A stretch of DNA of 63,986 nt, the filler included, from Octopus bimaculoides (Eukaryota), in the NCBI RefSeq assembly GCF_001194135.2. It is 5 parts of 4 records of this genome, joined end to end, with 100 filler letters (N's around TTAATTAATTAA, not from the genome) between each part and the next. Parts side by side here need not be neighbours in the genome. Positions count along the whole stretch, not along the records: positions 62,920 to 63,986 come from NC_068991.1; 4 more parts are not named here. The stretch is one strand, 5' to 3'. The notes beneath the pieces are model-generated. The model saw nothing but the letters and a program-made list of their open reading frames with translations. It did not search any database and was not told the DNA's origin. The position numbers and the translations under genes were made by a program. Shown here one piece after another: positions 62,948 through 63,986 of this stretch; the first letter of the stretch is position 1; each line of letters opens with the position of its first letter.

Positions 62948-63121
62948 GCGCAGGAGTAGCTGTGTGTTATGAAGCTTGCTTACCAACCACATCGTTCTGG
63001 GTTCAGTCCCACTGCGTGGCACCTTGGGCAAGCGTCTTCTACTGTAGTCTCGGGCCGACCAAAGACTTATGAGAGAACTTTGTAGACGGAAACTGAAAGA
63101 AGCCCGTCGTATACATATATA

Positions 63122-63152
<31 letters not shown>

Positions 63153-63366
63153 ATCCACCACCACCATCACCACTACCATCACTTGACAACCGATGTTGGT
63201 GTGTTTACGTCCCCGTTACTTGGCGGTTCGGCAAAAGAACTTAAAAGAATAAGTACTAGGCTTACAAAGAATAATTCCTGGGGTCGGTTTATTCGACTAA
63301 AGGCGATGCTCCAGCATGGCCGCAGTCAAATGACTGAAACAAATAAAGGAATAAAAGAATAAAGAA
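62948..63366 (+). mobile_element. Full-length SINE family B
   Basis: Head gcgcaggagtagctgtgtg...gggttcagtcccactgcgtggcaccttgggcaag; tail gcagtcaaatgactgaaac(aaataaa)n. Confidence 0.85.
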
Positions 63367-63374
63367 CATATATA

Positions 63375-63430
<56 letters not shown>

Positions 63431-63986
63431 CAGACAGAGAGAGACAGAGAGAATTTATCGCCGTTAGAAGAATGAAGTACAAACTCGACTCTGTATAGAT
63501 TTGTACAAGGAAGACTAAACTTCAAGAGGTGGAGGATTTCGAGAAGGTTAAAATTGGAATTGAGAAATTATGTTAATGAATTAATTGCATGCATAAAATA
63601 AGTAGACTAAATTGTAATCTTTGTTCAGTCAGGTCTCTATGTATGTTTGTTAACATATAAGATAACCTTCTCGTTGTTACACAAACATATGTAACGAGAA
63701 AAAAAAAGAGGGGGATTCCACATCGAGCTGATGAGAGAAAAATAATGACCGGATAGCAGCAATTAAATCATAACAATTGAGAGAGAGAGAGAGAGAGACA
63801 ATTGATACTAATTGCTAATTGTAAGTAAACATAATTATAGTAATTACATGAATATAAACATGATTTCACACATACATGCATACATACATATATACATACA
63901 TACATACTATATATATTATATACATTTGTCTGCGTGTTTGTGTGTATGCGTGTGTAAACATACATATGTAATTGCTATATATATAT

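Overview
This is an AT-rich, repeat-dense animal genomic scaffold with many N gaps. The SINE families and microsatellite load point to an octopus (cephalopod) genome, which is an inference and not a database match. Host genes on the minus strand are two centrin-3 exons (11192-11306 and 1940-2016, splicing in frame), the last exon of a RhoU/RhoV GTPase (34204-34674) and one unidentified candidate exon (17051-17332). The 9-kb centrin intron holds a decayed DNAJC25 copy. From 39.3 to 57.4 kb there is a birth-and-death array of tRNA-Ile(AAT) genes: 4 intact, 1 near-intact and about 10 degenerate, deleted or half copies in kb-scale duplicated and inverted modules. The most striking non-coding signal is hammerhead ribozymes. 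A canonical type I hammerhead (47934-47985, minus) sits inside the tRNA repeat module, its paralogue (46265-46316) has a core mutation, and a hammerhead-bearing inverted repeat (39883-40605) is split by a MITE. Mobile DNA includes same-strand Dong/R4-like LINE fragments at (TAA)n tracts, Penelope-like, RTE and CR1 fragments, an internally deleted Helitron, a MITE family with GGATCT ends and 8-bp target duplications, and several tRNA-headed SINE families. All family assignments come from motif recognition by eye; no searches were run.
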